This document shows, one piece after another, positions 37,215 to 47,377 of a stretch of DNA of 64,000 nt. Position 1 is the first letter of the stretch, and each line of letters begins with the position of its first letter. Origin of the DNA: a virus; IMG/VR virus record IMGVR_UViG_3300032397_000005, positions 1 to 64,000 of that record. One strand, written 5' to 3'. The position numbers and the translations under genes were made by a program. The notes beneath the pieces are model-generated. The model made no database searches. It saw only the letters and a program-made list of their open reading frames with translations, and was not told where the DNA came from.

Positions 37215-38078
37215 TTGAAGCGGGTCTTGAAGCGGGTCAGGCGGGAGATCACGCCGGGGTTTGTCTGGGAGGACGTGCCCGGGGAGCACGTCCTGGCCTG
37301 CGGAGACGCCCGGGACGCTGCTTTCCTGAGAGAGGTCCTCGGGCGCGTGACCGGTCCGGTTGACCTCCTCCTGACGGATCCACCCTACGCGGTGTCGTCT
37401 GACGCGGTCATTGGGAACATGAGTGGGCATAAGGACCACGTCCTGAACGAACCCTGGGATCGACTCTCCGAACCGGAGTTGGAGGAACTCCTCGGCTCGA
37501 TCTGCAGGACCGCGGCGGAGCTCCTTCCCGGGGGGAACGTCTGGATCTGGACCTCCGACTGGTGGCTCTCCTTCCTCAAGCGCTGGATGAGGACGTTGGG
37601 TTACCAGGTCCGCTCGTCCTTCGTCTGGTGCAAACCAAACCCGGCTTGCTCCGTTCGGAAGCGGAACTTCGTCTCCGCCTGTGAGTTTCTGGTGGTTGCT
37701 CAGGGGGTGGGGGCGTTCTTTGACTTGGGCGCGATGCCACGTCAGCGAAACTACTTCGTGGCGCTCCCGGAGGGGGAGTGGGCGCCGGCGGTCTGCCCGA
37801 ACTGGGTCGAGCGCGGCGTGGTCTCCCAGGCGGAGCGGGTCAAGCGCGGGGACGGTGTGGACCTGAATCGAGCGCAGAAACCTCTGGACCTCACGGAGGC
37901 GCTGGTCCGGGCCGGTTGCCCACCGGGCGGTCTGGTACTGGACGTCTGCGGGGGGACGGGGACCACGCTCGTGGCGGCGGACCGGGCGGGGCGCCGGTGC
38001 GCTTACCTGGACGCGGACCCGGCGCAGGTGCGGGCGGCCGTCAACCGGTTGTTGCGGGATCGGAGGGCGCGTGCCTGA
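37215..38078 (+). CDS. N4-C/N6-A DNA methyltransferase (beta class)
   Basis: TDPPY, WCKPN, QKP..L, VLDVCGGTGTT. Confidence 0.88.
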   Translation: MKRVLKRVRREITPGFVWEDVPGEHVLACGDARDAAFLREVLGRVTGPVDLLLTDPPYAVSSDAVIGNMSGHKDHVLNEPWDRLSEPELEELLGSICRTAAELLPGGNVWIWTSDWWLSFLKRWMRTLGYQVRSSFVWCKPNPACSVRKRNFVSACEFLVVAQGVGAFFDLGAMPRQRNYFVALPEGEWAPAVCPNWVERGVVSQAERVKRGDGVDLNRAQKPLDLTEALVRAGCPPGGLVLDVCGGTGTTLVAADRAGRRCAYLDADPAQVRAAVNRLLRDRRARA

Positions 38079-38766
38079 GAAGCGACTGCGCAAGGCGGGG
38101 GACGCGGCGGCGATCATCGGGATTGACCAGTCCGCCACGGGGACGGCGGCGGTCGCGCTCGACGCGGGGGGGAAGCTCCTGGGCGTCCTCTTCTGGGCGG
38201 ACACAAAGACCTCCGCCAAGTTGCTTGCGGCGCGCGGCGCCCTCCCTCCGCGGGCGGTGAAGGCGGGGGATGAGGCGGGGCGGACGGCGCGGCTCGAGGA
38301 GCTGCGCGTCCGGCTTGGGGGGTTTCTCAGCGAGTGGACGCCGGAGTACGCGGCGCTCGAGGACTACGCCCTGGCGAGGATGGCGTACTCCCACCACCTT
38401 GGGGAGGTCGGCGCCGTGGTTCGCCTCCTCCTCTGGGCGCGGGGGATCCCGTTCCGAGTCTACGACGTTCAGGCGGTCAAGATGTTTGCAACGGGGAACG
38501 GGAACGCGGAGAAGGCGGAGGTGGTGCTGGCCTGCCGGGATAGGTGGGACCTCAACTTCCTCGAGTTCGGGAAGACCACGGGCGCCGGCGGGAACGTGGC
38601 GGACGCGTACGTCATCGCGCAGATGCTCCGGAGTGAGCTGGCGCTTCGGGAGGGAAGTCTGGTCATGGAGCGCATTCCGGAGGCGGAGCGGCGCGTCTTC
38701 CAGCGAACGACGAAGCAGCGTCCGGAGAACGTCCTATCAACGCCCTTTGCGGTTAGGGGGATCTGA
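38071..38766 (+). CDS. RuvC-like Holliday junction resolvase
   Basis: IGIDQSATGTA, ALEDY, VKMFATGNGNAEK, NVADAY. Confidence 0.85.
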   Translation: MPEKRLRKAGDAAAIIGIDQSATGTAAVALDAGGKLLGVLFWADTKTSAKLLAARGALPPRAVKAGDEAGRTARLEELRVRLGGFLSEWTPEYAALEDYALARMAYSHHLGEVGAVVRLLLWARGIPFRVYDVQAVKMFATGNGNAEKAEVVLACRDRWDLNFLEFGKTTGAGGNVADAYVIAQMLRSELALREGSLVMERIPEAERRVFQRTTKQRPENVLSTPFAVRGI

Positions 38767-39035
38767 TGGCTAATCGGTACCTTGACATGAGTTCCGCGGA
38801 TCAGGCGGAGTTCTCCGAGGTGGTTGGTGACGTCTTCCTGGCGAATCGGAGTGAGCGCGGGGGCCGAGGGGTCGCGGAGTGCGTTGCTGATGAACTTGGT
38901 CTCCGTGGGTGGGAGGTTTACCCACCATCTGAGGTGCGTAAGTTGTACGGCGCGCTACAAAGTGGGCGGAAAGTTGGAGATGAGACCTCTACAACGGTTA
39001 AGATGCCACGCGTCAAGAGAATGAAGGAGCGGTGA
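38766..39035 (+). CDS. Hypothetical protein
   Basis: TGATG coupling. Confidence 0.55.
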   Translation: MANRYLDMSSADQAEFSEVVGDVFLANRSERGGRGVAECVADELGLRGWEVYPPSEVRKLYGALQSGRKVGDETSTTVKMPRVKRMKER

Positions 39036-39036
39036 G

Positions 39037-39249
39037 ATGGACGTCGACGAGGCCGTGGAGATGTGCGACAAGATCCTCGAGGACCTGGACCTGCTCCCGG
39101 AGCGCGCGGCGGAGTTCTCGGACTCCGTGGCGGAGAAGGTTGGCGGGATGCGGGACTGGATCGAGGAGCACCAGGCCGTGACGGATCGTATGTCCACCGC
39201 ACTGGAGAACATCCGCGGGGGCGTTGACAAGTGGTTGGGGAACGCGTGA
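39037..39249 (+). CDS. Hypothetical acidic protein
   Basis: AGGAG RBS; tight packing. Confidence 0.6.
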   Translation: MDVDEAVEMCDKILEDLDLLPERAAEFSDSVAEKVGGMRDWIEEHQAVTDRMSTALENIRGGVDKWLGNA

Positions 39250-39767
39250 CGCCGCTCCTGGCAAAGGCGCTCTACGCGTTGCTGTCCCTCCTGGAGTTGG
39301 ACGGTTCACTTGCGTTGTCCGCGGTCCGCGTCGACATTGGGCGCCTGAGCGTCTACCGGCCTGGTGACGGCTGGAATCTGGGGGAGCTGGCCTGCGGCGG
39401 GAGGTACACGTCGACACAGGTCCACCTGGCGCACCGTGAGTGGAGGAGGCTTGGTTGCGGGCGGTCCGTGTACGTCTGCGCGCACCTCACCGGGCGGTGC
39501 GTACTGACGCGAGTCATGGACGCCGGTCCCTGGGGGATTTATCGCGGACCCATTCGAAACGCGGTCCCAGACGGGCGCTGGCGGATCTGGGCGAACCCAC
39601 GACCGCCCAAGGGTTGGCGGTTTCGGGCGCTGGCGGATCTCTCCTGGGCCCTCTGGAAGCAACTTGGGCGGCCTCGAGGGCTCTCTGAGGTGACGCTGTA
39701 CATCCTGCCGCGCGGTTGGAGATCACCGGAGCTCCGGACCGTTGCGGGGTTGGGTGGTGAGCGGTGA
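39246..39767 (+). CDS. RlpA/double-psi beta-barrel-like protein (possible cell-wall enzyme)
   Basis: Signal-like N-terminus, ACGG, AHR...LGCG..V.V, V.DAGP, ADLS.A..KQLG. Confidence 0.6.
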   Translation: MTPLLAKALYALLSLLELDGSLALSAVRVDIGRLSVYRPGDGWNLGELACGGRYTSTQVHLAHREWRRLGCGRSVYVCAHLTGRCVLTRVMDAGPWGIYRGPIRNAVPDGRWRIWANPRPPKGWRFRALADLSWALWKQLGRPRGLSEVTLYILPRGWRSPELRTVAGLGGER

Positions 39768-40084
39768 AGTTGCGGGACGTCAAGCTACGGCGCGGGACCC
39801 GAGCTGAGATTGTTGGGCTCGCGATGGCGGAGGAGGGGTTGCTGAATGCGGATCCGCGGGACTACGTGATACTGAACGGGTGTTCCATTATCACGCTCTT
39901 CGGGGAGTACCGCGTCACCTCCAAGCTGGATGGGCGGGAGGTGGACGCAACGAACGTGGGGGCGGACGGCGCGGTTGACCCCGGTGTGAAGCGGACCGTG
40001 GTTCACCGTCGGGTCCTCTGGCGCTTCCTGGGTTCCGTGGAGTCGAAGCGGTTCTGGAGATATGGGCACCGAACGCGGAAGTGA
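39764..40084 (+). CDS. Hypothetical protein
   Basis: GTGA overlap. Confidence 0.5.
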   Translation: MKLRDVKLRRGTRAEIVGLAMAEEGLLNADPRDYVILNGCSIITLFGEYRVTSKLDGREVDATNVGADGAVDPGVKRTVVHRRVLWRFLGSVESKRFWRYGHRTRK

Positions 40085-40499
40085 GGCGCGCGTGTACTGC
40101 AAGATGGACGTCGACGATGCGTTCTACCGGAGTGACGCGTCCCAGTGGCGCAAGCGGGCGTGTCGATGCGCGGTTCTCCCGGAGGTCCCAAGCGTCAACT
40201 TTGGTTGCCAGTGTCCCAAGTGCGGGAGGGCGTGTCTGCAGTGCCCCGGGTTTGGGTTTGCGTCGCCACCCATCCGGAGGTTCTGGCAGATCCTATCCAG
40301 CGTCCGGTCTCAACTGCGCCGGCGGCTTCGGCGGGGGAGCAACCTGGGGTTTGTCCGCCTGCCACTGGCGGAGATCGGGATCTTACTTCGGAAGCGGGAG
40401 GAGGAGGCGCCGGATCACTGGATCGTCCAGTACGTCGATCCTGGTCCTCCGCTTCGGATCTGCGACGTTTACGTAGTCACCGACAGGAGACGTGAATGA
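40062..40499 (+). CDS. Hypothetical Cys-rich protein
   Basis: Fills the gap; ATGA overlap with the amidase gene. Confidence 0.45.
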   Translation: MGTERGSEARVYCKMDVDDAFYRSDASQWRKRACRCAVLPEVPSVNFGCQCPKCGRACLQCPGFGFASPPIRRFWQILSSVRSQLRRRLRRGSNLGFVRLPLAEIGILLRKREEEAPDHWIVQYVDPGPPLRICDVYVVTDRRRE

Positions 40500-41611
40500 G
40501 CATTGTTCACTACACACCCGCGGAGGCGCGGGACTTCTTCGAGCGGCTGGCGGTCTACTCCGCGGCCTTCGTCCGGGAGACGCTTCCCCACGTCCACTCC
40601 TTCTGGCCAAGCAAGAACCACTACGAGGAGTGGCGAGACGGCGCCCCGATCGGGAACGTCCTGCACTACACGGCGGGGACGCGCTTCGGAGGGACGATCC
40701 GGCACTTTGTCCTGGAGCACCGGGCCTCCGCCAACTGGGTGGTGGCGCGCGGTCTGGACCCGAAGTTTTCGGAGCTCCGGAGGCAACTGGAGCTGGACCG
40801 TGACCTCCGGGCGGACGTGGTGCAGGTCATCCCTCCGGATCAACCGTCCTGGCACGCAGGTTGGGTGAACCGCTTCCTGACCGGGATCGAGGTCCGGAAC
40901 GCCGGGATCCTCCGGGCGCACCCCAAGAAGATGGGGCGGCCGGGGGCGCTTGCCGGTGGGATGAGTCGAGACGACTTCTTCAAGTACGGGAATCTGGCGC
41001 GGGAGGACCTAGACTTCTTCTGGTGGCCGGACGGGTGGACGTCTAGGTTCGAGGGGGAGGTGACGCACTGTCACGGGAGCTGGTGGGAGACCTGGACCCG
41101 GGGGAGCGTGGCCACGGTTGTGACGCTCCTGCGCTACCTGAACGCCCTCTACCCCGGGAAGATGCGTCCGGAGTGGATGCTGGCTCACCACAACGTGCTC
41201 TCGACGAAGAGCGACTGTGTGTACGCTCCAGACCTGGCCTCCATCCGGAGCTCCGTCCTGACCTCCCGGGAGCACGTGGACAACTTGGAGTGGCTGTCTC
41301 TGCTAGACGACGCCGAGGACACGTTCGAGGACGAGGACGACCCGTGGATGCTCCGGGACCTCTCCGAGCGGCAGGCGGACCGCGCGGAGGAGGACGTGGA
41401 CGACTTTCACGTTGTGGACGGGCGCGTCGACCGTCCGGAGGAGGCGCGGGAGGCGCTTCGGCGGTTGGGGTATCACGTGGAGGGGGACGACTCGCTCCTG
41501 ACCAGCGTCCGGATCTACCAGCAGTCGCGCGGTTTGGACGTGGACGGGGACGTTGGGTCCCAGACCTACGCGGCGCTGGATAAGGAACTGAAGTCATGGA
41601 GGCTAAGGTAG
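40496..41611 (+). CDS. N-acetylmuramoyl-L-alanine amidase (Amidase_2) with C-terminal peptidoglycan-binding domain; endolysin
   Basis: VLHYTA, SWHAG..N...GIEV, AHH....KSDC; L.RLGY...V..YQ...GL.VDG.VG.QT..AL. Confidence 0.85.
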   Translation: MSIVHYTPAEARDFFERLAVYSAAFVRETLPHVHSFWPSKNHYEEWRDGAPIGNVLHYTAGTRFGGTIRHFVLEHRASANWVVARGLDPKFSELRRQLELDRDLRADVVQVIPPDQPSWHAGWVNRFLTGIEVRNAGILRAHPKKMGRPGALAGGMSRDDFFKYGNLAREDLDFFWWPDGWTSRFEGEVTHCHGSWWETWTRGSVATVVTLLRYLNALYPGKMRPEWMLAHHNVLSTKSDCVYAPDLASIRSSVLTSREHVDNLEWLSLLDDAEDTFEDEDDPWMLRDLSERQADRAEEDVDDFHVVDGRVDRPEEAREALRRLGYHVEGDDSLLTSVRIYQQSRGLDVDGDVGSQTYAALDKELKSWRLR

Positions 41612-41615
41612 GGTC

Positions 41616-41879
41616 ATGAGCGAGCCAACCTACGTGAAGATCTACCGGGTCAGCGAGGCGTTTGAGGTGGAGGTGGATGAGGACGCGTTGGGTCCTCCCG
41701 GTCCCGGGGATGAACCCGGGCGACCTGCGCTCCGGGAGGCGCTCCGGATGGTTCGCGCTGGGGAGCTGGAGGGCGGTCCACCGGACGCTGAGTTCGTGGC
41801 CTTGGCCTGGGATGAGACGGCGCAGGTGAGTGCGGCCGCGCTGATGGGGCTGGAAGAAGTGAGGGGGAGGCGGCGATGA
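41616..41879 (+). CDS. Hypothetical protein
   Basis: ATGA overlap with the next gene. Confidence 0.55.
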   Translation: MSEPTYVKIYRVSEAFEVEVDEDALGPPGPGDEPGRPALREALRMVRAGELEGGPPDAEFVALAWDETAQVSAAALMGLEEVRGRRR

Positions 41880-42502
41880 GGATCCTTGTGACGGGTGGCG
41901 CTGGATTCGTGGGATCCCACGTGGTGGACGAGTTGGTCTCCCGGGGTCACGCGGTCCTGGTGCGGGACGACCTCTCGACGGCGGAGCTGGAGGAAGACGG
42001 GAAGACGCCGCGCTGGTTTCGGAAGGGGGCTGCCTACGTTGACTGCGCGATGCCGTACATGAAGAAGGATCTGAATATCCTGGAGGCGGTCGTTCACCTG
42101 GCGCTCCGGCACCCGCTGGAGCGGGAGCGCGCGTGCTGGGTCGCCGCCTTCGACGGTTACGTTACGGGTGGGGTCAGACTCCTGATGGACCTCCTGAACG
42201 CGGGGGCTCCGCTGAAGCGATTCGTCTTCGCGGGTCCGGTTAACGTCCAGGGCGTGAAGAAGTCTGCGGAGTTCTCCATGGTGAACGGGCTAGTCGACTT
42301 GCTTGGGTACTGGCACCGTCCACCGATGTTGGCGGTTCATTGCCTGCGGCTTCCGGAGCTCTCCGGGGAGCGGAGGGCGGTCCCCATGCCGGACGGGGTG
42401 ACGGGTCAGCGCGTGGAGACGGCGGCAATGATCCTGGCGAACCTGGCGGACGGCACATCACCCCATCACTTACACGTTGAAGTTCACTACGGTGACGCGT
42501 GA
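41876..42502 (+). CDS. Shortened NAD-dependent epimerase/dehydratase-like protein
   Basis: MRILVTGGAGFVGSHVVDEL, DDLS, VVHLA; no YxxxK; only 208 aa. Confidence 0.7.
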   Translation: MRILVTGGAGFVGSHVVDELVSRGHAVLVRDDLSTAELEEDGKTPRWFRKGAAYVDCAMPYMKKDLNILEAVVHLALRHPLERERACWVAAFDGYVTGGVRLLMDLLNAGAPLKRFVFAGPVNVQGVKKSAEFSMVNGLVDLLGYWHRPPMLAVHCLRLPELSGERRAVPMPDGVTGQRVETAAMILANLADGTSPHHLHVEVHYGDA

Positions 42503-42849
42503 TGGACGGCTACGCGGTGGTGAGGAAGTCGACGTTGGCCTGGCTCCTCGAGCTCTATCGGGAGGCGGGGGAGCGGCCGGACCTCCCGGAGGAGGTGGCG
42601 CGTGACCTCCGCGTACAGGTGACGCGGGACGTGAGCGTGCCCGTTGACAAGGATCGCCTCCGGGTGGTTGGTCCGGTCCTCTCCGCGGAGGAGCACGTCC
42701 AACTCCTGGAGGCGTGTGATGACTTGGATCTCCCCCGAGAGAAGCAGGCCGGGGCGTTCTGGCGCCTGGTGGTTCAGGTGGTCCATGAGATGCTGCGAAA
42801 CGAGGGGGATGCGGTACTGAGACTCATTGGAGGAGAAGATGGCAAGTGA
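42502..42849 (+). CDS. Hypothetical protein
   Basis: TGATG coupling. Confidence 0.55.
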   Translation: MDGYAVVRKSTLAWLLELYREAGERPDLPEEVARDLRVQVTRDVSVPVDKDRLRVVGPVLSAEEHVQLLEACDDLDLPREKQAGAFWRLVVQVVHEMLRNEGDAVLRLIGGEDGK

Positions 42850-43522
42850 GGGAAGTCTGCGCTCGATCAAGGTGGCGCGCAAGAAGAAGAAGGACTTCGA
42901 GGCGGAGGTGCGGGAGGGGTTGAAGTCGGCCTCTGAGCAAATTCAGCGCATCAACGAGCACCTGGCCAAGATATTCTCGACCCTGAAGGAGGTGGTCAAC
43001 GCCAACAACGCGGCGTCGCTGATCACGGCCTCCGTGGAGCGGTTCCTGGACGGGAAGCACCCGGGTTGGGACGACGGGATCCGGGACGACATCCTCCGGA
43101 GGCGAAACCTCCTAGCGGAGCGGAAGGCGCTCCATGCGGAGGCGGTGGCGCAGATGAAACCGGACGCGGAGATCCCTTGTAGTCCTCAAACGGTACTTTT
43201 CCGATCGGAGCGAAGGGTCGAGTTGGCGGATCGTCTGTGGGAGGTGGGGAAGGAGCTTGGGACGGAGGTTCAAGATGGTGCGATCTCCGTCTCTCTCCTG
43301 CTCAAGAGCAAGTTGCCGGAGCGGGCGGACGCCAGGATCAAGGAACTGCGGGGGATGACGCGGGAGACGACGCCGGAGATCTCTCCGGAAGGCAGGAACA
43401 AGGAACTGCGGGGGACGACGCCGGAGATCTCACCGGAACTTGAGGTGATATTCAAGAAGTTGGAGGAGCGGGTGGCGGAGGTGAGGCGCTCCGAGCGCAG
43501 GCCCGTTGTCCCCGGAGAATGA
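42839..43522 (+). CDS. Hypothetical coiled-coil protein with an internal duplication
   Basis: GGAGGAG RBS; KELRG...TTPEISPE occurs twice. Confidence 0.6.
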   Translation: MASEGSLRSIKVARKKKKDFEAEVREGLKSASEQIQRINEHLAKIFSTLKEVVNANNAASLITASVERFLDGKHPGWDDGIRDDILRRRNLLAERKALHAEAVAQMKPDAEIPCSPQTVLFRSERRVELADRLWEVGKELGTEVQDGAISVSLLLKSKLPERADARIKELRGMTRETTPEISPEGRNKELRGTTPEISPELEVIFKKLEERVAEVRRSERRPVVPGE

Positions 43523-43805
43523 CGCCATCAACGTGGTCGCCGCTTTGGGTGGAGGGGTAGGCTGGAAACTTCCGATCGCGGAGTCCCAACGAACGTGAAG
43601 CAAACACTCTCCGGCAAGCGACGGCAGTCCCTCCCACGGAGGATGGACTCCAAGGTTGCTCCGGGGACCCTTCTTGGGCGGAAGTTGACGGGTTGCTACA
43701 GGTGCGGCCTGGAGTTCACACCGGAGGAGCTCCGGACGTTTCCAACGGAAGCGACCGTGGACCAATCTCGGATCTACGTCTGCGCGGGATGCGCTGGAGG
43801 GGAAG

Positions 43806-44159
43806 ATGTCAAGGATCCTGACGCCTGAGGCGCTGGTGGACGCGGCGGTGTGTCGGTTCTCCCGGTGGACGGAGCGGGACGCGGAGTTCAAGCGGAGATT
43901 TGGGCGGTGGACGCGTCCAAGCTTTGCTAGGCGCTACCCGTTGGCGGAGATGAAGCGGCTCATCCGCTGGTCCACCCTGGATCCGGAGATCCTTGACTTG
44001 GCTCCGTTCATCAACGAGATGCTCAAGGAGGACCGGAGGATTGCCGGGGAGATCGCCCTCTTTGTCTTCGAGGAGTTTAGGGATGCCTTCGCGACGGACA
44101 AGACGCTCAACCTGTTCAGGCTCAGCTACCTCAGACGCCTGGATACCTGCGGATTCTAA
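43806..44159 (+). CDS. Hypothetical protein
   Basis: GGAGGGG RBS. Confidence 0.55.
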   Translation: MSRILTPEALVDAAVCRFSRWTERDAEFKRRFGRWTRPSFARRYPLAEMKRLIRWSTLDPEILDLAPFINEMLKEDRRIAGEIALFVFEEFRDAFATDKTLNLFRLSYLRRLDTCGF

Positions 44160-44168
44160 GGAGTCAAC

Positions 44169-46877
44169 ATGTCCGACGCTGACGTCACCTGCGCTCAACC
44201 TGCGTCCGCATCTCGTTTCACATGTAAGTCCGGGGATCCGCGGCCGGTCCGCCACTTCTCCAGGGAGGGGGAGGACGTCTGGGACGCCGCTGGGCCGTGG
44301 ACGCGTAGGACGGCGCGGATCGAGGGCGCGGGGGGAGCGGCGCTCTTCGAGCAGGAGAACGTGGAGGCGCCGGCCAGTTGGAGTCAGATGGCCGTCGATG
44401 TGGTGGCGTCGAAGTACTTCCGCGGGCGACTTGGGACCGTAGGAAGGGAGTATTCCGTCCGGCAGTTGGTGGATCGGGTGAGTAAGGAGATCTCGTACTG
44501 GGGCGGTCAGGATGAGTACTTCGAGGACGTCCCGCTCCGGGACGTCTTCCGGGATGAGTTGACGGTCCTCCTCCTCACTCAGCGACTCTCGTTCAACTCC
44601 CCAGTCTGGTTCAACGTTGGGGTGGAGCAGACCCCCCAGTGCTCGGCCTGCTTCATCAACTCCGTCGATGACTCCATGGAGAGCATCATGGACCTGGCCA
44701 AGACGGAGGGTCTCATATTCAAGCGCGGGAGCGGGGCGGGCGTCAACCTCTCCGCGTTGCGCGGGAAGAACGAGCCGCTTAGTGGGGGCGGGACGGCCTC
44801 CGGTCCGGTTTCGTTCATGCGGGGATACGACGCCTTTGCGGGCGTCATCAAGAGCGGAGGTCGCACGCGGCGCGCGGCCAAGATCATCATCCTAAACGTG
44901 GATCACCCGGACATCCTGGACTTTATTCGCTGCAAGCCGGAGGAGGAGCGGAAGGCGCGGGTACTGGCGAGCGCCGGCTTTGGCTCCGGGTTGGACGGGG
45001 ACGCGTCCGTCTGCTACCAGAACGCCAACAACGCCGTGCGCGTGACGAATGCGTTCATGATGGCGGCGGAGCGGGGGGATGCTTGGAAACTGTACGCGCG
45101 CAAGACCGGGGAGGTCATGGAGACCGTGAATGCGGCGGATCTCTGGGACGAGATCGTCTCGGCCGCGCACGACTGCGGGGACCCGGGACTGCAGTTCGAC
45201 GACGCCGCGAACGCGTGGAACACCTGCTTGGTGGACGGTAGGATCAACTCATCCAACCCTTGCTCTGAGTTCACGTTCCTCGACAACTCCGCCTGCAACC
45301 TGGCCTCCCTGAACCTCCGAAGGTTCCAACTAGAGGACGGTTCCCTGGACGTGGCGGCGTTCTCCGCGGCCGTGGAGGTCTCCATCTTGGCGCAGGACGT
45401 CCTGGTCGATCACTCCAGTTACCCCACGTCGAAGATTGCGGAGAACTCCAAGCGGTTCAGAGCGCTGGGTCTCGGGTACACCAACCTGGGGGCGTTCCTG
45501 ATGGCGGCCGGTCTTCCGTACGACTCGAACGTTGGTCGAGCCTACGCGGCCTCGTTGACGGCGCTCATGACGGGCGTGGCGTACCGCAGCAGCGCGCGGA
45601 TTGCGCGGAGGAAGGGGTCATTCGAGGCGTGGCCGCGCAACTCTCGCGCCATGACGCAAGTTCTTCAGAAGCACCAAAACGCAATCCGAGGCATCGACGC
45701 CGGTCTAGCGCCGATGGCGGTCCTCGAGGCGGCGCGGGACGTCTGGGACGAGGCTCTGGCGGAGGGGGTGGCCGGGTGGAGGAACGCGCAGGTGACCCTC
45801 CTCGCCCCAACCGGGACGACTTCGTTCATGATGGACGCCGACACCACGGGGGTTGAGCCGGACTTCTCCCTCATCAAGCGGAAGCGGCTCTCCGGTGGCG
45901 GGGAACTCCTCATGGAGAACGGCTCCATTGCGCGGGCGCTGGAGCGGCTCCTGTACGACGGGGTGGAGATCGAGCTGACGCTGAAGCACCTCCGGGATAA
46001 GGGGACGCTGCAGGGTTCCGAGGTCCTACCGGAGGACCTCGCGGTCTTCGACTGCGCGGCGGAGGACGCGGCGGGTCGGAAGATCTCCTGGACGGGACAC
46101 GTCCTGATGGTGGCGGCGGTCCAGCCGTTCCTCTCCGGGGCGGTCTCGAAGACGGTCAACCTACCGGCGGACGCCACCCCGGAGGACGTTGGTCAGGTCT
46201 ACCGCCTGGCGTGGCGGGAGGGTCTCAAGGCGGTCAGTGTCTACCGGGACGGGTGTAAGCGGGTTCAACCACTGGAGCGCAAGAGCGGGAACGGGGGGAA
46301 CGGGAAGTCCGTGGGGTGGGTCGCGTCGGTCCAGGTGGAGCGGGCGGCCGGGAGGGAGCGGATGCCGAGGGAGCGGGACTCCCGGACGCACAAGTTCGAC
46401 ATTTCCGGGCACGAGGGGTACGTCACCGCGGGGATGTACCCGGATAGGCGGCTCGGGGAGCTCTTCGTGGTGATGGCCAAGGAGGGGAGTACGGTTCGGG
46501 GCCTCCTGGACGCCTGGGCAACCTCCGTGTCCATTGCCCTCCAGTACGGCGTGCCGTGGGACGCCTTGGCGGACAAGTTCCGGCGGATGAGGTTCGAGCC
46601 AAGCGGGTTCTCGGACAACCCGGATATTGGGGCCACGACCTCCCCACTCGACTACATCACGAGATGGGTGGATCTGCGCTTCCCGGAGGGGAGGTTCGCG
46701 GATGTTCCACCGAGGGAGGAGGCGCCGGCGGCGGTCCGGGATGTCATCCAGCGCGTGGCGGAGGTGCTCCGAGTTCACGACTCCGGACCTCCCTGCGTGT
46801 CGTGCGGCGCCATCACGGAGCCCAGCGGCGCTTGCCACCGTTGCCCAACATGTGGAACCAGCACTGGTTGCGGATAG
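44169..46877 (+). CDS. nrdJ: Class II (adenosylcobalamin-dependent) ribonucleotide reductase with C-terminal TSCPD/Zn-ribbon domain
   Basis: FNSPVWFN, QCSACFI, GGRTRRAAK, SNPCSE, ACNLASLNL, APTGT, SGAVSKTVNLP, YRDG.K; no NrdB gene nearby. Confidence 0.93.
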   Translation: MSDADVTCAQPASASRFTCKSGDPRPVRHFSREGEDVWDAAGPWTRRTARIEGAGGAALFEQENVEAPASWSQMAVDVVASKYFRGRLGTVGREYSVRQLVDRVSKEISYWGGQDEYFEDVPLRDVFRDELTVLLLTQRLSFNSPVWFNVGVEQTPQCSACFINSVDDSMESIMDLAKTEGLIFKRGSGAGVNLSALRGKNEPLSGGGTASGPVSFMRGYDAFAGVIKSGGRTRRAAKIIILNVDHPDILDFIRCKPEEERKARVLASAGFGSGLDGDASVCYQNANNAVRVTNAFMMAAERGDAWKLYARKTGEVMETVNAADLWDEIVSAAHDCGDPGLQFDDAANAWNTCLVDGRINSSNPCSEFTFLDNSACNLASLNLRRFQLEDGSLDVAAFSAAVEVSILAQDVLVDHSSYPTSKIAENSKRFRALGLGYTNLGAFLMAAGLPYDSNVGRAYAASLTALMTGVAYRSSARIARRKGSFEAWPRNSRAMTQVLQKHQNAIRGIDAGLAPMAVLEAARDVWDEALAEGVAGWRNAQVTLLAPTGTTSFMMDADTTGVEPDFSLIKRKRLSGGGELLMENGSIARALERLLYDGVEIELTLKHLRDKGTLQGSEVLPEDLAVFDCAAEDAAGRKISWTGHVLMVAAVQPFLSGAVSKTVNLPADATPEDVGQVYRLAWREGLKAVSVYRDGCKRVQPLERKSGNGGNGKSVGWVASVQVERAAGRERMPRERDSRTHKFDISGHEGYVTAGMYPDRRLGELFVVMAKEGSTVRGLLDAWATSVSIALQYGVPWDALADKFRRMRFEPSGFSDNPDIGATTSPLDYITRWVDLRFPEGRFADVPPREEAPAAVRDVIQRVAEVLRVHDSGPPCVSCGAITEPSGACHRCPTCGTSTGCG

Positions 46878-46957
46878 ACGTTCACTCCTAGTCAAATTTT
46901 GGTAAGGTTCCACCCACTCCATCCCTCATCTTCACCTACTCCCATCTGAGGTGGTAA

Positions 46958-47377
46958 ATGGATCGAGATCAAGTCAACTTGGTGGACCCCACCCTGGAGC
47001 CGACGGAGCTTGCGGCGCTCCGGGAGCTGGTCAAGGAACTCCAGGCGGAGGGGTGGGAGGTCATCTCCACGGCTGTTGTTGGGATGGACAGGACGCCGGC
47101 GGCGGTGGTCCTCCGGAGGGGGGCGGTCGAGCCGCTGCGGACGTTTGTGGCCGCGTGTCGGAGCTTACTCCGGGCGGCGGAGAAGGTTCGGCAGGTCCCC
47201 GCGCTCTCGGCGGAGGAGCACGAGACGGTTCAGGCGGCGCGGTTGACCTGTCGGATCATGGCGGAGCGCGCAACGGTCTCCGGGGCCTCGTTTGGGACGT
47301 TTGCCCACGCGGTCATGGCTTCGGCGGTCCGCGCATACGAGGATAAGAAGGATCAAGGGCAAGGAGAGGGAAGATGA
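46958..47377 (+). CDS. Hypothetical protein
   Basis: GAGGTG RBS; ATGA overlap. Confidence 0.55.
   Translation: MDRDQVNLVDPTLEPTELAALRELVKELQAEGWEVISTAVVGMDRTPAAVVLRRGAVEPLRTFVAACRSLLRAAEKVRQVPALSAEEHETVQAARLTCRIMAERATVSGASFGTFAHAVMASAVRAYEDKKDQGQGEGR

Noticed and set aside
43333-43438. Internal duplication in a hypothetical gene
   Set aside because: An in-frame local duplication with no sign of function, like the KAEE and EP linker repeats.
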